64,000 bases of DNA. It comes from the human T2T-CHM13v2.0 reference genome, Homo sapiens. Below, piece by piece: positions 49,384 to 64,000 of the stretch. The DNA is taken from NCBI RefSeq assembly GCF_009914755.1, contig NC_060946.1; one strand, written 5' to 3'. Numbering within the stretch: position 1 is the stretch's first letter; every line of letters starts with the position of its first letter. The notes beneath the pieces are model-generated. The model saw only the letters and a program-made list of their open reading frames with translations. It had not been told where the DNA came from and did not search any database. A program made the position numbers and the translations under genes.

Positions 49384-50396
49384 TTATTAAAAGCTGGAAA
49401 TCAGGATGGAGGTACCAGTCCAGACAGCCTCCCCACCACCCCACCGTCTCCACAGCAGCCCCTGTTTCAGATTCACAAGCCTGCCTTGAGTGATGCAGTG
49501 AGTTATCCTGGAGGCAGTGTGGGCCTTGGAGGCCAGCACTCACTTTTTCATCCTATGATTTATTTGAGAAGCAGAGAGCACCTACCGGGTGCCAGGCACG
49601 AGCTAGGTGAGAACAGAATCAGGTAGAAATCTCAGCCTAGCCACACGGAAGCTGTGTGATCTTGGGCAGGCTGCATACCCTTTCTGAGCCTCAGTTTGCT
49701 CACCTGTAATGCAAAGGTAACAAAATCTTGACAGAGGCATAGTGAGGAATCAAGAGAACAACGGGCCTGGAGCATACACCCAGTGCTTAGCCCCCAGTAG
49801 GCCCTCACTCTCATCATTACTGACACCTGAGGTCACTGAGCATGTGCCACTGTCCATTCATTATCTTGCATAACTCCCAAAATCATCCTGCAAGGTAATA
49901 TTTCATCTTCATGAAACAGACAGAGAAACTGAGGTTACAGAGGTTTCGTGATCTGCCCAAGTCTGCTGGCAGCTAAGCGGATGAGGCCAGATGCAAACTA
50001 GGCATTGAGCAAGACAGGCAGGACCCCTGCTCTCATAGAAATGATTTTTATTATTATCTGAACACAGTCCACACAAGTGACCTACCCCTCTCCAGCCCTG
50101 CAAAGAAATGTGAAGTGAGTTAACTGTATTTGAACCAAGTGGTCCACGTGTTAGCTATGCGACTGTGAACAGGGGCTTCAACCCCCTCAGCCTCAGTTTC
50201 CTGTCCTGGAAAATAATCGCAGGGAGAATAATCGCAGCTACCCCGAAGAGTCGCTGTGTAGGTTAAAGCAGTTATGCCGCATAACTGCTTCAGGGCACCT
50301 GTGACTCCCAGCTCTTAGGGCTGATGTTCTGTGGCCAGAGGAGGGCAGGGGTTGCAGCTGGCCGGTGAACTCACTACCTGGGCTCTCTCCCTGCAG

Positions 50397-50926
50397 GGGA
50401 TGTCTTCATCCTGGTGTTCAGCCTGGATAACAGGGAGTCCTTCGATGAGGTCAAGCGCCTTCAGAAGCAGATCCTGGAGGTCAAGTCCTGCCTGAAGAAC
50501 AAGACCAAGGAGGCGGCGGAGCTGCCCATGGTCATCTGTGGCAACAAGAACGACCACGGCGAGCTGTGCCGCCAGGTGCCCACCACCGAGGCCGAGCTGC
50601 TGGTGTCGGGCGACGAGAACTGCGCCTACTTCGAGGTGTCGGCCAAGAAGAACACCAACGTGGACGAGATGTTCTACGTGCTCTTCAGCATGGCCAAGCT
50701 GCCACACGAGATGAGCCCCGCCCTGCATCGCAAGATCTCCGTGCAGTACGGTGACGCCTTCCACCCCAGGCCCTTCTGCATGCGCCGCGTCAAGGAGATG
50801 GACGCCTATGGCATGGTCTCGCCCTTCGCCCGCCGCCCCAGCGTCAACAGTGACCTCAAGTACATCAAGGCCAAGGTCCTTCGGGAAGGCCAGGCCCGTG
50901 AGAGGGACAAGTGCACCATCCAGTGA
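50397..50926 (+). CDS. RASD2: RASD2 last coding exon (G4 NKND, G5 SAK, basic C-terminal extension, CAAX CTIQ)
   Basis: Acceptor ctctctccctgcag ends at 50396 and G|GG GAT restores the frame. 271+530=801 nt = 266 aa plus TGA, the known Rhes length. Ends ...RERDKCTIQ*. Confidence 0.98.
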
Positions 50927-52895
50927 GCGAGGGATGCTGGGGCGGGGCTTGGCCAGTGCCTTCAGGGAGGTGGCCCCAGATGCCCACTGTGCGCATCTCC
51001 CCACCGAGGCCCCGGCAGCAGTCTTGTTCACAGACCTTAGGCACCAGACTGGAGGCCCCCGGGCGCTGGCCTCCGCACATTCGTCTGCCTTCTCACAGCT
51101 TTCCTGAGTCCGCTTGTCCACAGCTCCTTGGTGGTTTCAGCTCCTCTGTGGGAGGACACATCTCTGCAGCCTCAAGAGTTAGGCAGAGACTCAAGTTACA
51201 CCTTCCTCTCCTGGGGTTGGAAGAAATGTTGATGCCAGAGGGGTGAGGATTGCTGCGTCATATGGAGCCTCCTGGGACAAGCCTCAGGATGAAAAGGACA
51301 CAGAAGGCCAGATGAGAAAGGTCTCCTCTCTCCTGGCATAACACCCAGCTTGGTTTGGGTGGCAGCTGGGAGAACTTCTCTCCCAGCCCTGCAACTCTTA
51401 CCCTCTGGTTCAGCTGCCTCTGCACCCCCTCCCACCCCCAGCACACACACAAGTTGGCCCCCAGCTGCGCCTGACATTGAGCCAGTGGACTCTGTGTCTG
51501 AAGGGGGCGTGGCCACACCTCCTAGACCACGCCCACCACTTAGACCACGCCCACCTCCTGACCGCGTTCCTCAGCCTCCTCTCCTAGGTCCCTCCGCCCG
51601 ACAGTTGTGCTTTGTTGTGGTTGCAGCTGTTTTCGTGTCATGTATAGTAGTAGAAATGGAAATCATTGTACTGTAAAAGCCTAGTGACTCCCTCCTTGGC
51701 CAGGCCCTCACCCAGTTCAGATCCACGGCCTCCACCCGGGACGCCTTCCTCCTCTGCTCCCAAACAGGGTTTCCGTGGCCTGTTTGCAGCTAGACATTGA
51801 CCTCCGCCATTGAGCTCCACGGTTTACAGACAATTGCACAAGCATGGGGTGGGCAGGCCAGGACTGCTTTTTTTTAATGCTCCCATTTCACAGAGGATAC
51901 CACCGAGACTCGGAGGGGACACGATGAGCACCAGGCCCCACCTTTGTCCCCTAGCAAATTCAGGGTACAGCTCCACCTAGAACCAGGCTGCCCTCTACTG
52001 TGCTCGTTCCTCAAGCATTTATTAAGCACCTACTGGGTGCTGGGTTCACTGTGTCCTAGGAAACCAAGAGGGTCCCCAGTCCTGGCCTCTGCCCGCCCCT
52101 GCTGCCCCACCACCTTCTGCACACACAGCGGTGGGGAGGCGGGGAGGAGCAGCTGGGACCCAGAACTGAGCCTGGGAGGGATCCGACAGAAAAGCTCAGG
52201 GCGGGTCTTCTCCTTGTGCCCGGGATTGGGCTATGCTGGGTACCACCATGTACTCAGGCATGGTGGGTTTTGAACCCATAAACCAAAGGCCCTTGTCATC
52301 AGCTCTTAACAAGTATATTTTGTATTTTAATCTCTCTAAACATATTGAAGTTTTAGGGCCCTAAGGAACCTTAGTGATCTTCTATTGGGTCTTTCTGAGG
52401 TTCAGAGAGGGTAAGTAACTTCCTCCAGGTCACACAGCAAGTCTGTGGGTGGCAGAAGCAAGCTAGCGCTGGGCATTCAGTACATACCACGATGTGCTCC
52501 CTCTCTTGATGCTTGGCCCCTGGGGCCTTCAGGGCTTTGGGACATCTTGTCCTCAACCCTCTCCCTAGATCAGTCTGTGAGGGTCCCTGTAGATATTGTG
52601 TACACCATGCCCATGTATATACAAGTACACACAGATGTACACACAGATGTACACATGCTCCAGCCCCAGCTCTGCATACCTGCACCTGCACCCCAGCCTT
52701 GGCCCCTGCCTGCGTCTGTGCTCAAAGCAGCAGCTCCAACCCTGCCTCTGTCCCCTTCCCCACCCACTGCCTGAGCCTTCTGAGCAGACCAGGTACCTTG
52801 GCTGCACCGGTGTGTGGCCCGCTCTCACCCAGGCACAGCCCCGCCACCATGGATCTCCGTGTACACTATCAATAAAAGTGGGTTTGTTACAAAGC
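50927..52895 (+). other. RASD2: RASD2 3' UTR (~2 kb)
   Basis: Alu-free stretch from the stop codon to the AATAAA signal with downstream GT/T-rich element. Confidence 0.8.
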
Positions 52896-52927
52896 CGTGT
52901 CCTTGCCCATGTGTATTTTTTGTATTT
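52871..52927 (+). terminator. RASD2 polyadenylation signal and downstream GU/U-rich element
   Basis: AATAAA at 52871-52876, TGTA just upstream, and gtgtccttgcccatgtgtattttttgtattt downstream. Confidence 0.85.
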
Positions 52928-53214
52928 CCAAGAGGAGGTGTGCCCCTTTCCAGACCAAAGCTGGCCTTTCCCTCCCAAAATGCACCTGCCGTGTACCCTG
53001 GCCCTGAGGGTCAGCACTGAGTCCACCTTCAAGTGTAAGTGTGGGGAGAGGGGGATAAGTCCCCCAGATGGAAGGTGATGCCCTCCTTCAGCCTGGCCCT
53101 CCTGGGTCCTCCGGGTGTGTGTACCGAGGTGTCTGTGTCCACAAAGAAGGGGCCCCCGTGGACCATTAGCTCCAGGAGGATCTCCGTGTCTGAGTTCTTT
53201 GTGATTCCTGTACA

Positions 53215-53400
53215 GCAGCAATTTCACCCGCAGGGGACAGTTGGCAATCTCTGGAAACCTTTTCCAAGCCTGGGGCTGGGGCTGCTACTCTCATCTGGTG
53301 GGTGGAGGCCAGGGACACCATTCAGTATCCTCCAACGCACAGGATGCCCCTCCACCCCCACCCCACTGAGAATTATCTGGCCTCAAATGCCAAGCGTGGG
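53215..53400 (+). mobile_element. MER20-like DNA transposon
   Basis: caggggaca.ttggcaat.tctgga, catct.gtgggt.gaggccaggga and agaattatctggcc.caaatg motifs. Confidence 0.75.
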
Positions 53401-54072
53401 CAGCCTTACTTAGACTCACCCCAGGGGCTGGGACACGCCCCCACCTGCGTGTGATGGATTTGTTGGACCACATTCTGGACGGAACCCACAGCATAAGCAC
53501 TCCTGTGAAGTGAGACAGGATGTGGGTGAGGATGGAAAGTGGAGGCTGAGGGAGAAGGTCTGGGCCCTGACCAACACGGAATGTGCCCCCTGGGACTGAG
53601 AGGCTTCCCTGGGCAGAGGGAAAGGAGGAAGTCAGTGAGGTAAAATACTCCCTGTGTGTTTTACCCAGCGAGTCTCACGCCATCCTATCACCCAGCCCCG
53701 AGGGAAGCCCACTCATGTTCACCCCATCTGAGCATTTAGGCTCAGAGAGCTCAATATCTTGTCCAAGATGGCACAGCTGGTGAAGTGGCAGATCAGAGAT
53801 TCAACACCAGAGGCTGTCTGATTTCCGTCTGGCTGAAGAAAGATTTTGCATCAGGGAGGTGGAAACCATCTGTGCTTTTGATCAGCAAATGCCACCAGCA
53901 GGATCAGGGAGCCAGGCCATAAAGGAGGTCGAGAGACAGGCAGTGTAAGGTTCATTGGGAACCACATTGTCCATTGGGAAGCCACAACCTCTGCACAGAC
54001 ATTCACAAAACAGAGCCAGGCTGTGGTGGAGGCGAGACCACACAAGTCCATAGTGTGGGGAGCTGGAGAACT

Positions 54073-54257
54073 CCCAGCCTCTACCTACCTGGGGGCCCCG
54101 CTCCCAGCCTGTGCATATCTGGGGGCCCGCTCCCAGCCTCTGCATATCTGGGGGCCCTGCTTTCAGCCTCTGCCTACCTGGGGGACCCTGCTTCTAGTCC
54201 CTGCCTACCTGGGGGCTCGGCTCCTAACCTCTGCCTACCTGGGGCCTGTCTCCCAGC
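54073..54257 (+). repeat. ~30-bp minisatellite, 6 copies (cccagcctctgcctacctgggggcccgct)
   Basis: Units of 29-31 bp aligned by hand. Confidence 0.9.
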
Positions 54258-55449
54258 TTCTGATAATCTAGCAGCCCAGCTCCCCTCCAATCCTTTGCCC
54301 ACCCCAGCCACAGAAGGTCAGTGTGGGAGGCATGTCCCTCGGACACTTTCTAGATCCTGGTTTTCATACACACAAAGCATGGAGGCGAACACTCCCTTCT
54401 GCATCGCCATCAGCGCTGAACCATAACAAGGGCGCTGGTGCACAGAGACAGGCCTCCACGGTGTCCCGCTGGAGCCCAGCCTGCTGCTGCCACTCCCTTT
54501 CTCTATGTGGGTCTGGAAATAAGTCTCGTCCCCTCGCAGGCCTCCTTTTCTTCATGAGTAAATGGGAGGCGGGAGGAAGGCATCCGGACCAGATACACAC
54601 CAACAGCCTCTCGCAGCCCTGATGGTCTCTACTAGAAGGAATTAATATTCCTATTGCATAACTCACAACATTCCAATCATCACCAAACAGAACACGCTCG
54701 CCCCAGCCCCAGCTCTAGCCCCGCTCTTTGTTCCCTGCATCCCACAGTCCTTGCCCTGGAATGGGGTTGACAGCAACAGGCTGCCACAGAGGAGAAAGAC
54801 ACATGTCTTCTTAGCCCTGGGACAGTGGGTAGGATAAGATTGTAGGAAAATTCCCTTCATGGTGAGACCATTTAGAGCCAAGCCCAGGATAGCCGGCTAA
54901 TCCCCCGACCCTAGGAAGGGAGCATTGGGAACATGATTTCAAAGAATTCTGCGCTGTGAACTCTAAGTACTTGTTCTGTTCCACCTCCCTGAACCTGTCA
55001 CTTACTCGAAAGAAAAACTTCAGTCTGCATCACGGTTTGGTGGGGGCTGATGGGAGGCCTGCCAGGGGCTCGGCAGTGAAGGCTGCCGGGAATGGGGGAA
55101 GGGAAAAGGAGCTGACCTTTGCGAAGACCTTACTCTGTGCCAAGCACTGTGCTGAGCCTTTTACCTGCATCCTGTCATTGAATCCTCATGGCAGAGCTAG
55201 CTGGAATCCTTTTTTGGATAAGAGAGAATGGAGTTCAGAGAGGTAAAGTCACTTGTCCAAAGTTGCACAGCCAGGAAGGAGCAGAGCTGGATGAGAAACC
55301 ATGTCTGATTCCAAAGCACATTTTTGTCTCCAGGGCTTTTATAACTGAGCCAGCTGAGAGGTTGCTCTCTAGTGGGAGAGTCCAGTGAGTTGGGGTGCAG
55401 TGTCTGGACGTGGTTCAGGGAACTCAGAAAATGGGGTGCTCTTCCGTTC

Positions 55450-55800
55450 ACAATAAAAGGCTGAGCTGCTGTCACAAGAGAGGAACCCAACTTCTTTTTC
55501 ATGGCAAAGTCACTCTGCTCCACCTGGTCACTCAGGCACCCAGGTTTCTTCCGTCTTCAGGTTCTTCCATCTCTAGGACCTTGTCACCATCTGCACGGTT
55601 GAAGCCACTGTAACATTCAGGTTCAGCCGAAGGGATAGGGGAAGAGAGTGTGGAAGAGGTACACCTGCTGTTTTCAGAGCCATGGACTCATCACTTCCAC
55701 TTTCTAGCAATGGCAAGAGCCCAGCCATGTGACTGTACCTACCTATGAGAAGGCCTGAGAGATGCAGTCCTTTGCTAGGTGGCCCCATGCCCAGCGGTGA
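55450..55800 (-). mobile_element. MLT1-like LTR fragment
   Basis: Minus strand reads ggactgcatctc...cacatggctgggctcttgccattg...gaagtgatg...gaaacctgggtgcctgagtgac...gagcagag. Confidence 0.55.
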
Positions 55801-55951
55801 CTCCACTGTGGAAAGGAGGAGGAGAGATCTGGTTGGTCAGCCTGTTGTCTCCAAACAGCCACCCTAATGCAGTGGGCCAGCCTCGGGACACCACGGGCAG
55901 TCTGACTTCAAACAAGCTCCACTTAGCAGATGAAATCAGAAAGCAGCTCTA

Positions 55952-56311
<360 letters not shown>

Positions 56312-56851
56312 TTATTCACATCCAACCCCCATCCCCAGATGAAAACTTAGACTATCCCATGATTTTTCTCATCTCTCTTGGAAAACAGAATATACCACAG
56401 ACATTTTAAGTAGTAAGTAGAGTCTCAACTAAAATTCCTTGGCCAGTGTGATCATCAGTTTCCAGTCTTCATTCAAAAGAGTTTCCCTCCCTCGCCCAGC
56501 GGTGGTCTATTGCACATAAAAAGCTGGAGACTTGGGAAGAGAAGGGTGGATACTTCACTTTTCTCACTTGCCTTCTCTCTCTTTAGCTACTTCTGGTTCC
56601 TCTCTTCTCCATTCTTGGGAGGTGGGTTTGGGGGTGGAGGGAGAAGAGGCTGAGAAGGGGGTGGAGGGAGAAGAGCAGGGAGGTTCTTCCTTGCCTAGTT
56701 ACTACGGCACTTTGGGAAGATGGTGTCACGTTCCAAGCATGGCCAATGTTTAATGATACCATTAAAATCTCAGGGGTTATTTTGGAGATTGTTCCCTGCC
56801 ATCACTAGGAACCTGTTATCTGCAGAGGCTTCTATGCATCTCTATCTTCCG

Positions 56852-56979
56852 GGTGTACCTCTTCCACACTCTCTTCCCCTATCCCTTCGGCTGAACCTGA
56901 ATGTGGCAGTGGCTTCAACTAGGCAGATGGTGACAAGGTCCTAGAGATGAAGGAACCGGAAGACAGAAGAAACCTGGGT
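56852..56979 (+). repeat. Inverted copy of 55538-55665
   Basis: 128 bp, 9 mismatches and no gaps against the reverse complement. Confidence 0.95.
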
Positions 56980-58024
56980 TGGTTGCTTAGTCCCTCCGCA
57001 GCCCCAAGGAATCTTCTGACGCCTTTTGATTCTCTGTGCAGAGGCTTTTTGCCCCTTTGGGGTGTTCTATCGGACAGGGCCTGAGGCACCCCCATGCCAG
57101 CTTCCTCTTGTGGTCAGCCCACATCTGGCGCATATGAAACTCACACCCTCTACCCCAATCAACTCTAAGAGTGTAAGTTGCTCTGAGTTTACTGGGATCT
57201 TTAGCATCTAACCCAGCCAGTCTGTCACATGTGAGATTTATCAGGCAGAGGACAGTGGCCCACAGAGCCACTCTGCCCAGGGACACATGTCCAGCTCTCT
57301 AGGCTTGAGCTAAGGGCAGTCCCTGTCACAGCATACTGTAGTGCTCAACAGTGATTCTCTTTCCCAGGAAATCTTCTTCCTGCTGACTATTGTATATCTT
57401 GAGAAGTACAAGAGTCAAGGAGCTGGTTCTTGGCCAAATGCTTTGAAAATTTTGCTCTTGGTTTGATACCTTACTTTGGAATCTGAGGTCAGCCTTCTTA
57501 AAGTGTCAGCCAAAATGAAGAAGCCAGGGTCATCCACCAGATAAAGGGGTCTGGGGAATGGCACTCACAGAGGGACCCCTACCTCATCTAGGAAGAGGAA
57601 CCCTGAGCAGGAAAGTGAGTTAGAGAGTTCAGGATTGAACCAACCCAGGTATCCTGGGTGCACACCTTAATGCGCCCCTCAGTAAGAGAGGCAGAGCATT
57701 TGGCTTGTTCATAACGTAGTCTCTGGTCTGAGGCTGCCTGAGTTCAAATCTCACGTCTGCCATTTGCTCATCTGCTAAAAGGCAAATGACTTTTTGTATT
57801 GGTCAGCTATTGCTGCAATAGTGCTGTGTAACAAACCACCCCAAAATTCAGTAGTTCTCAACAACAAGCATTTCTTCTTAGGTTTACAGGTCCCTAGGTC
57901 AATTGCAGTTTGAGTGGACTGGGCTGAATATCACCTCAATACTGATCTTGTCTTTATTTAAATTTTTGACATTTTGTTCCTTATGGATTTTTTGCATTAA
58001 TTTTTATTTTAAAAATATTACATA

Positions 58025-58530
<506 letters not shown>

Positions 58531-59019
58531 AAAAAACATGAAAATATTATTCACCTTGATTCCTGGGGGTTTTTGTGGGTGAGGGGGCATCTGAAGTATT
58601 GTGCTTAAGGTAATTGCCTCCCTTGCCTCACCCTAGTTCTGGCTGTGGCTCCTCCGTATCTTCTCCATGACTCAGCGTCCTCATTTGTAAAATAGGAATA
58701 ATCACACCACCTCACTGGATGGTTATGAGAACTAAATGACTTAATACTTGTGAAACATTTAGAATGGTGCCTGGCACATCATAAGCACCAGCCATAATGA
58801 TTTCTGTGTCACTGAGGCTCCTTGCAGGTGCACCTGGGGGTGAGCAGCATTCCCACTGGGGCCCCCACCCTGGTCAGCATGGACTCTTCCATTTCTTCAT
58901 CCTGGACTCTCAGTGAGGACCACACAAGGTGGACACCAAAGCACTTGGCAATTTGTCACATGGGGTACAGACGTCGGTCATCAGGATCATTTGACACATG
59001 TTCAATATCGGGTTTTAAG

Positions 59020-59505
59020 ACACAGCCCCTACATTCTTTGGCGTGCCTCCCATCAAGAGGTGGAGTCTATGCCCCTCCCCTTGATCAGGGCAAGATGCTG
59101 ATTGCTTTGACCAATGGTGTGCACTGGAGTAATGCTCTGTGACTTCTAGGGCCAGGTCAGAAAAGGTCACACAGCTCTGCCTGGTTTTCTTAGGGTGTTC
59201 TGTCACTGTCAGGATGCTCCTGCTAAGAACCCAGCTGCTGTGCTGTGAGAAGCCCATTTCATGAGGAGAGGCCATGTGGGGGTGCTCAGGACACAGTCCC
59301 AGCTGCATCCAGCCCGAAGGCCAGGCACGGTGGTGCAGGAGCCTCCAGCCCCAGCCATGGGCATCCTCTAGACAGAGCAGAGCAGAGATTAGCCATTCCT
59401 GATGTGCGTGGGCCAAATCCCTGACCACAGAATCTGACAGCAGGATAAAGTGGTTGTTTTATGCTACTAAATTTGGGGTGGTTAAGCAGCAACATAATCA
59501 GAACA
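59020..59505 (+). mobile_element. MLT1 (F/G/H-like) MaLR LTR
   Basis: cctcccatcaagaggtggagtctat, tgctttgaccaat, gagaggccatgtgg and gttgttttatgctactaaatttgggg...cagaaca end. Confidence 0.75.
59154..59169 (+). promoter_or_regulatory. Perfect DR4 nuclear-receptor element (AGGTCA-GAAA-AGGTCA) with embedded NBRE AAAGGTCA
   Basis: Exact consensus match in the sequence; function untested. Confidence 0.45.
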
Positions 59506-60104
59506 TTCACCAAAGCCTTCTTCATTGTCAGAGTCTCAGGACACAGAAATGATTCAGACAGTCTCTGCTCCACGAAGAACCAAAAGCAGCCCCTGAACTG
59601 TCCATTGCAATATAATCTGTCTGTGCTATAATAGGTGCTGTGAAAGCTCGAGGAGGAGCCTCTAACCGAGCCAGGGTGAGGTTCTGGACTGACCTCCCTG
59701 GGTGGGGAGATGATGCTGGAGTTGAATATAACAGATAAATAAAGGCTAACCAGAAGAATGAGGGAGGATGTTTCTGAATGGAGTGGGCAAGGGACTAGAG
59801 GCAAGACAGTGCCTACTGGAAGTTCAATGTAGCTGGAGCACAGAGGGCAAATGCCTACTGGTCCTGGAAATACTGGAGATATCCAGCTGCCACAGGACTT
59901 TTGCACATGCTGTTCTCTGCCTGGACAGTGCTTCCTTTTGGGACCATGCTGGCTTACTTGCTCACTTCATTCCTATCTCAGCTCAATGTCACCTACTCAG
60001 AGAAGCATCCCCTGACCTCTCAACCTAAAATTACTCCCTAATCCATCCCTCTCCCCCCTTCTCCCTGCCTTCTCTTTCCTCAAAGTATTGATCATCATTT
60101 GACG

Positions 60105-60406
<302 letters not shown>

Positions 60407-61381
60407 TGACTTCTTATAATGTGTTTATGATATGTTTCTTCTGCTAAAATGTGAATGACAGGAGACTAAGACACACTTCTCCCAGCATAGCGTAGTGCCT
60501 GGCAGACAGTAGGTCTTAGATAAATATATCAGGAGTTGGATGGATGAATGAAGGGAGAGGCATATCAGATACACCTTTTGGAAGCCCCCTCTGGCTGCAG
60601 TGAGTGGGTTGGAAGGGTGTTTGAAAGGAGGCCGGGAGAGGGGGTTTCAGTTATCCAGGTGGGAGCCGATGGCATGAGTCTCTCTGGAGAGCCAACATGA
60701 GGATGATGAGGGGTCGGGTTTGAGGTGGGAGACAGAAGAGCTGGAATCTCCCAGGTGGAGGGCGTCGCATTGGGTGGGGAGGCAAAGGTGGGGCTCGGGA
60801 TTGCCATGTGCGAAGCCGGTGGATGGTGATGCCGCCCACTCAACTGGGGCTCCAAGAGGAGAGAGTGCACATCGGAAGGCCTCCTGCGGTGAGCATCAAG
60901 GAGATGAGTCACATCTGTGTTATGTGGCATTTGAGGCTCCCAGGGGCCCTTCAAGTGCAATTGCCTGACAGGAGCCTGGCTGTAAGGGTCTGAAGCTGAG
61001 GAGAGAAGGCTGACCAGAGTGAAAATCTGGGGTTCCATCAGCCATGGAGAGGGTGGCCACTAGGCCATACAGCGAGAGGAGGACCAGGAGGAACGCCGTG
61101 ACTTAGGGAAAGGCAGAGGGGGGAGGGATGGAGGAAGAAAGGAGAGACGGACAGAAGACAAGTTGGTGGGGTCATGGAAGCCGAGGGTAGGGGAAGGTTT
61201 GAGAAGAAATAAATGGTCTCCGATATCAAAAGCTGCCAAGAAGCAGGTTGAAGGGTGTCGACTAGGCCCGTGACGGGAAGGTCACTGGAGGCTTGGAGCC
61301 CAGGCTGTGGAGACAGGCTATGTTGCATGGGAAGAGGAGGGGGTGGTGAACAAATTCCAAGAGCATTCTTTTCTTTCTTTA

Positions 61382-62040
<659 letters not shown>

Positions 62041-62939
62041 TCAATAAGCATAATTGTAAAACTGAAAGAGGAACATGAGGCAAAATAAAAGGGAATGAGG
62101 TGTTCTAGAAGGGTGGCTGTTAGTATTATCATCATTCTTTAAGAGGGAGAGACTTCAACTCACTGAAATGCTGATGAGAAAGATCCGGAAGAGAAGGAGG
62201 AGGATGCTTTGGGGAGAAGGAAGGGGTGATTGCTGGAGAGGGGACTCTGGAGACAGAGGAAGTGCTGGGACCCAGGCGCAGGCAGACGGGTGTGACCATC
62301 AGGAGAGATGATGATCTGCAAGGAGAAGGCTGGGAGAGGAGACTGCAGTGGACTGAGCTGAGCCTGGGCTGCGGGGAAGCCTTTGTCCTGCCGTCCTAGG
62401 CTCTTGGCTTCCCGGTGTGTTGCCTGTTGGAGACAGAGCTTGGGCCCCAAGAGAGGACGTTCTCAGCTCTCTAGTGTTTTTATGAGAAATTAAACTTGAA
62501 TTCGAAAAGCCCAAATCAATTTTATCTCAAATGAGAGGAAGTGAACAGAGACAAAGGCTTTGGTCCAGAAAGGCGGGGAGTGGAATTCATAGGACATTTA
62601 ATATTCACTCCACAAACACAGAGCTCTCTCTGGGCCCTGGCGGCTCTGGGTGCTGGAGGCAGATGAATAAATTTCTCAAGGAATCTGGGGGGCAGGAGGG
62701 AAACAGACAGACATTGCAATTAAGGAATGTAATTGCTAACATGAATAGGAAAGTTTCTCAGAGGAGGTAACAATTCTAGCTGCCTCTAAAGGATTTATAG
62801 AGTTTTACCAGGAAACACTCCTAGAAGTGAAGAATCATATTATTCTACTTAATATAAGTGTAATTTTACTTAATATAAAAGCCCTTAGCTCGGTACCAAC
62901 ATACCATCAGCTTTCAATATCATTGAGCTATTAAAATAT

Positions 62940-63250
62940 TATTATTATTTATTATTATTATTTTCAAGACAGGGTCTTGCTCTGTCGCCCAGGCTGGAGT
63001 GCAGTGGCACAATCATGGCTCACTGCAGTCTCGACCTCCTGCGCCCAGATGATCCCCTCCCACCCCGCCTCAGCCCCCCATGTAGCTGGGATTATAGGCA
63101 TGCGCTACCACGCCTGGTTAATTTTTGTTTCATTTGTAGAGATGCAGTTTTGCCGTGTAGCCCAGGCTGGTCTCAAACTTCTGGGTGCAAGTGATCCACC
63201 CACCTCAGCCTCCCAAAGTGTTGGGATTACAGGCGTGAGCCACCGCACCT
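62940..63250 (-). mobile_element. AluJ
   Basis: Antisense AluJ with (TTA)n tail. Confidence 0.88.
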
Positions 63251-64000
63251 GTATCCCAATTTTTTTCTGATACTTACAATTACTGTGAGCCCTTGACATT
63301 CACATGAAATAAGACAAGATCTCTAAGAATCTCACGCTGGGAAATACTGTCTTCTGCATAAACTATCCCTCTTTAAAAGGAGCAAAGCGCAACTGAAATG
63401 TTAAGCTACTATCTTGGACATTTAATGACTATAAGAACAGAACCAAAGCCATTTCCACAGTTATTAACACATTGGAGGCCTGAAGCCTCCAATCTCACTT
63501 GAGCTGTTCTTTGCTGGCTCCAGAGGCTCTTGAGCTGCGTGGGGAATCACTTTTCCTGGTTTCCACTGAGAGCAGCATATGGTGGGCTCACTTGGACCAA
63601 AGATTCAAGCCAGGGCCAAGTTCAACTCTCCACTCTTTAATCCACTCCTTGCTCCTACTTTTCAGACTAAAAGCCAACACATTCCCAGATACCTTCATCT
63701 TTCTCTCCATTATTAGCACTAGCAATTGGAGTTCTTCTGAGGTCATTTTCCAGAAAGAAGCTGTGTTTATTGCCAGGTCATCAGCTGGCCTCACTCACTA
63801 GCTCAGTTCCACGCTGACATTTTTGCCCCAGCAAAATTACAAATTAGTACCAGCCACGGACCTTTGGATTATTTGAAACGACCCAAAACTGCATGTTAAA
63901 TTCTTGAATGTCAAGGATTTCCTGGGCTTTCCAGTCTCTACCACTCCTGAACTCAAGCTTTAAGTCACCTAATGTCCCATTACCACTTAACACACATGCA

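Noticed and set aside
50315-51121. 268-aa antisense ORF (and the 220-aa ORF at 45408-46070)
   Set aside because: Antisense shadows of GC3-rich RASD2 codons.
52625-52657. 12-bp tandem gtacacacagat in the 3' UTR
   Set aside because: Only about 2.5 copies; ordinary slippage.

Overview
Human (primate) genomic DNA, Alu/MIR/L2/MLT1-rich and GC-rich. It contains the complete RASD2 (Rhes) gene on the + strand: a CpG-island promoter and non-coding exon 1 ending at 40393, coding exons 45703-45973 and 50397-50926 (266 aa, CAAX CTIQ), and AATAAA at 52871. A decayed TRMT11 processed pseudogene lies on the - strand at the left edge. The rest is intergenic or intronic sequence made of interspersed and tandem repeats, and almost all other ORF-track entries are repeat or GC artefacts. 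I found no new multi-gene system. The best leads are: (1) a perfect DR4/NBRE nuclear-receptor element inside an MLT1 LTR downstream of this thyroid-hormone-responsive gene; (2) two non-parental insertions in the TRMT11 retrocopy that look like fossilised alternative splicing; (3) a 128-bp templated inverted duplication 3' of RASD2; (4) a uORF and in-frame CUG/AUG routes to N-terminally extended Rhes. Repeat family names and boundaries were assigned by eye and are approximate.
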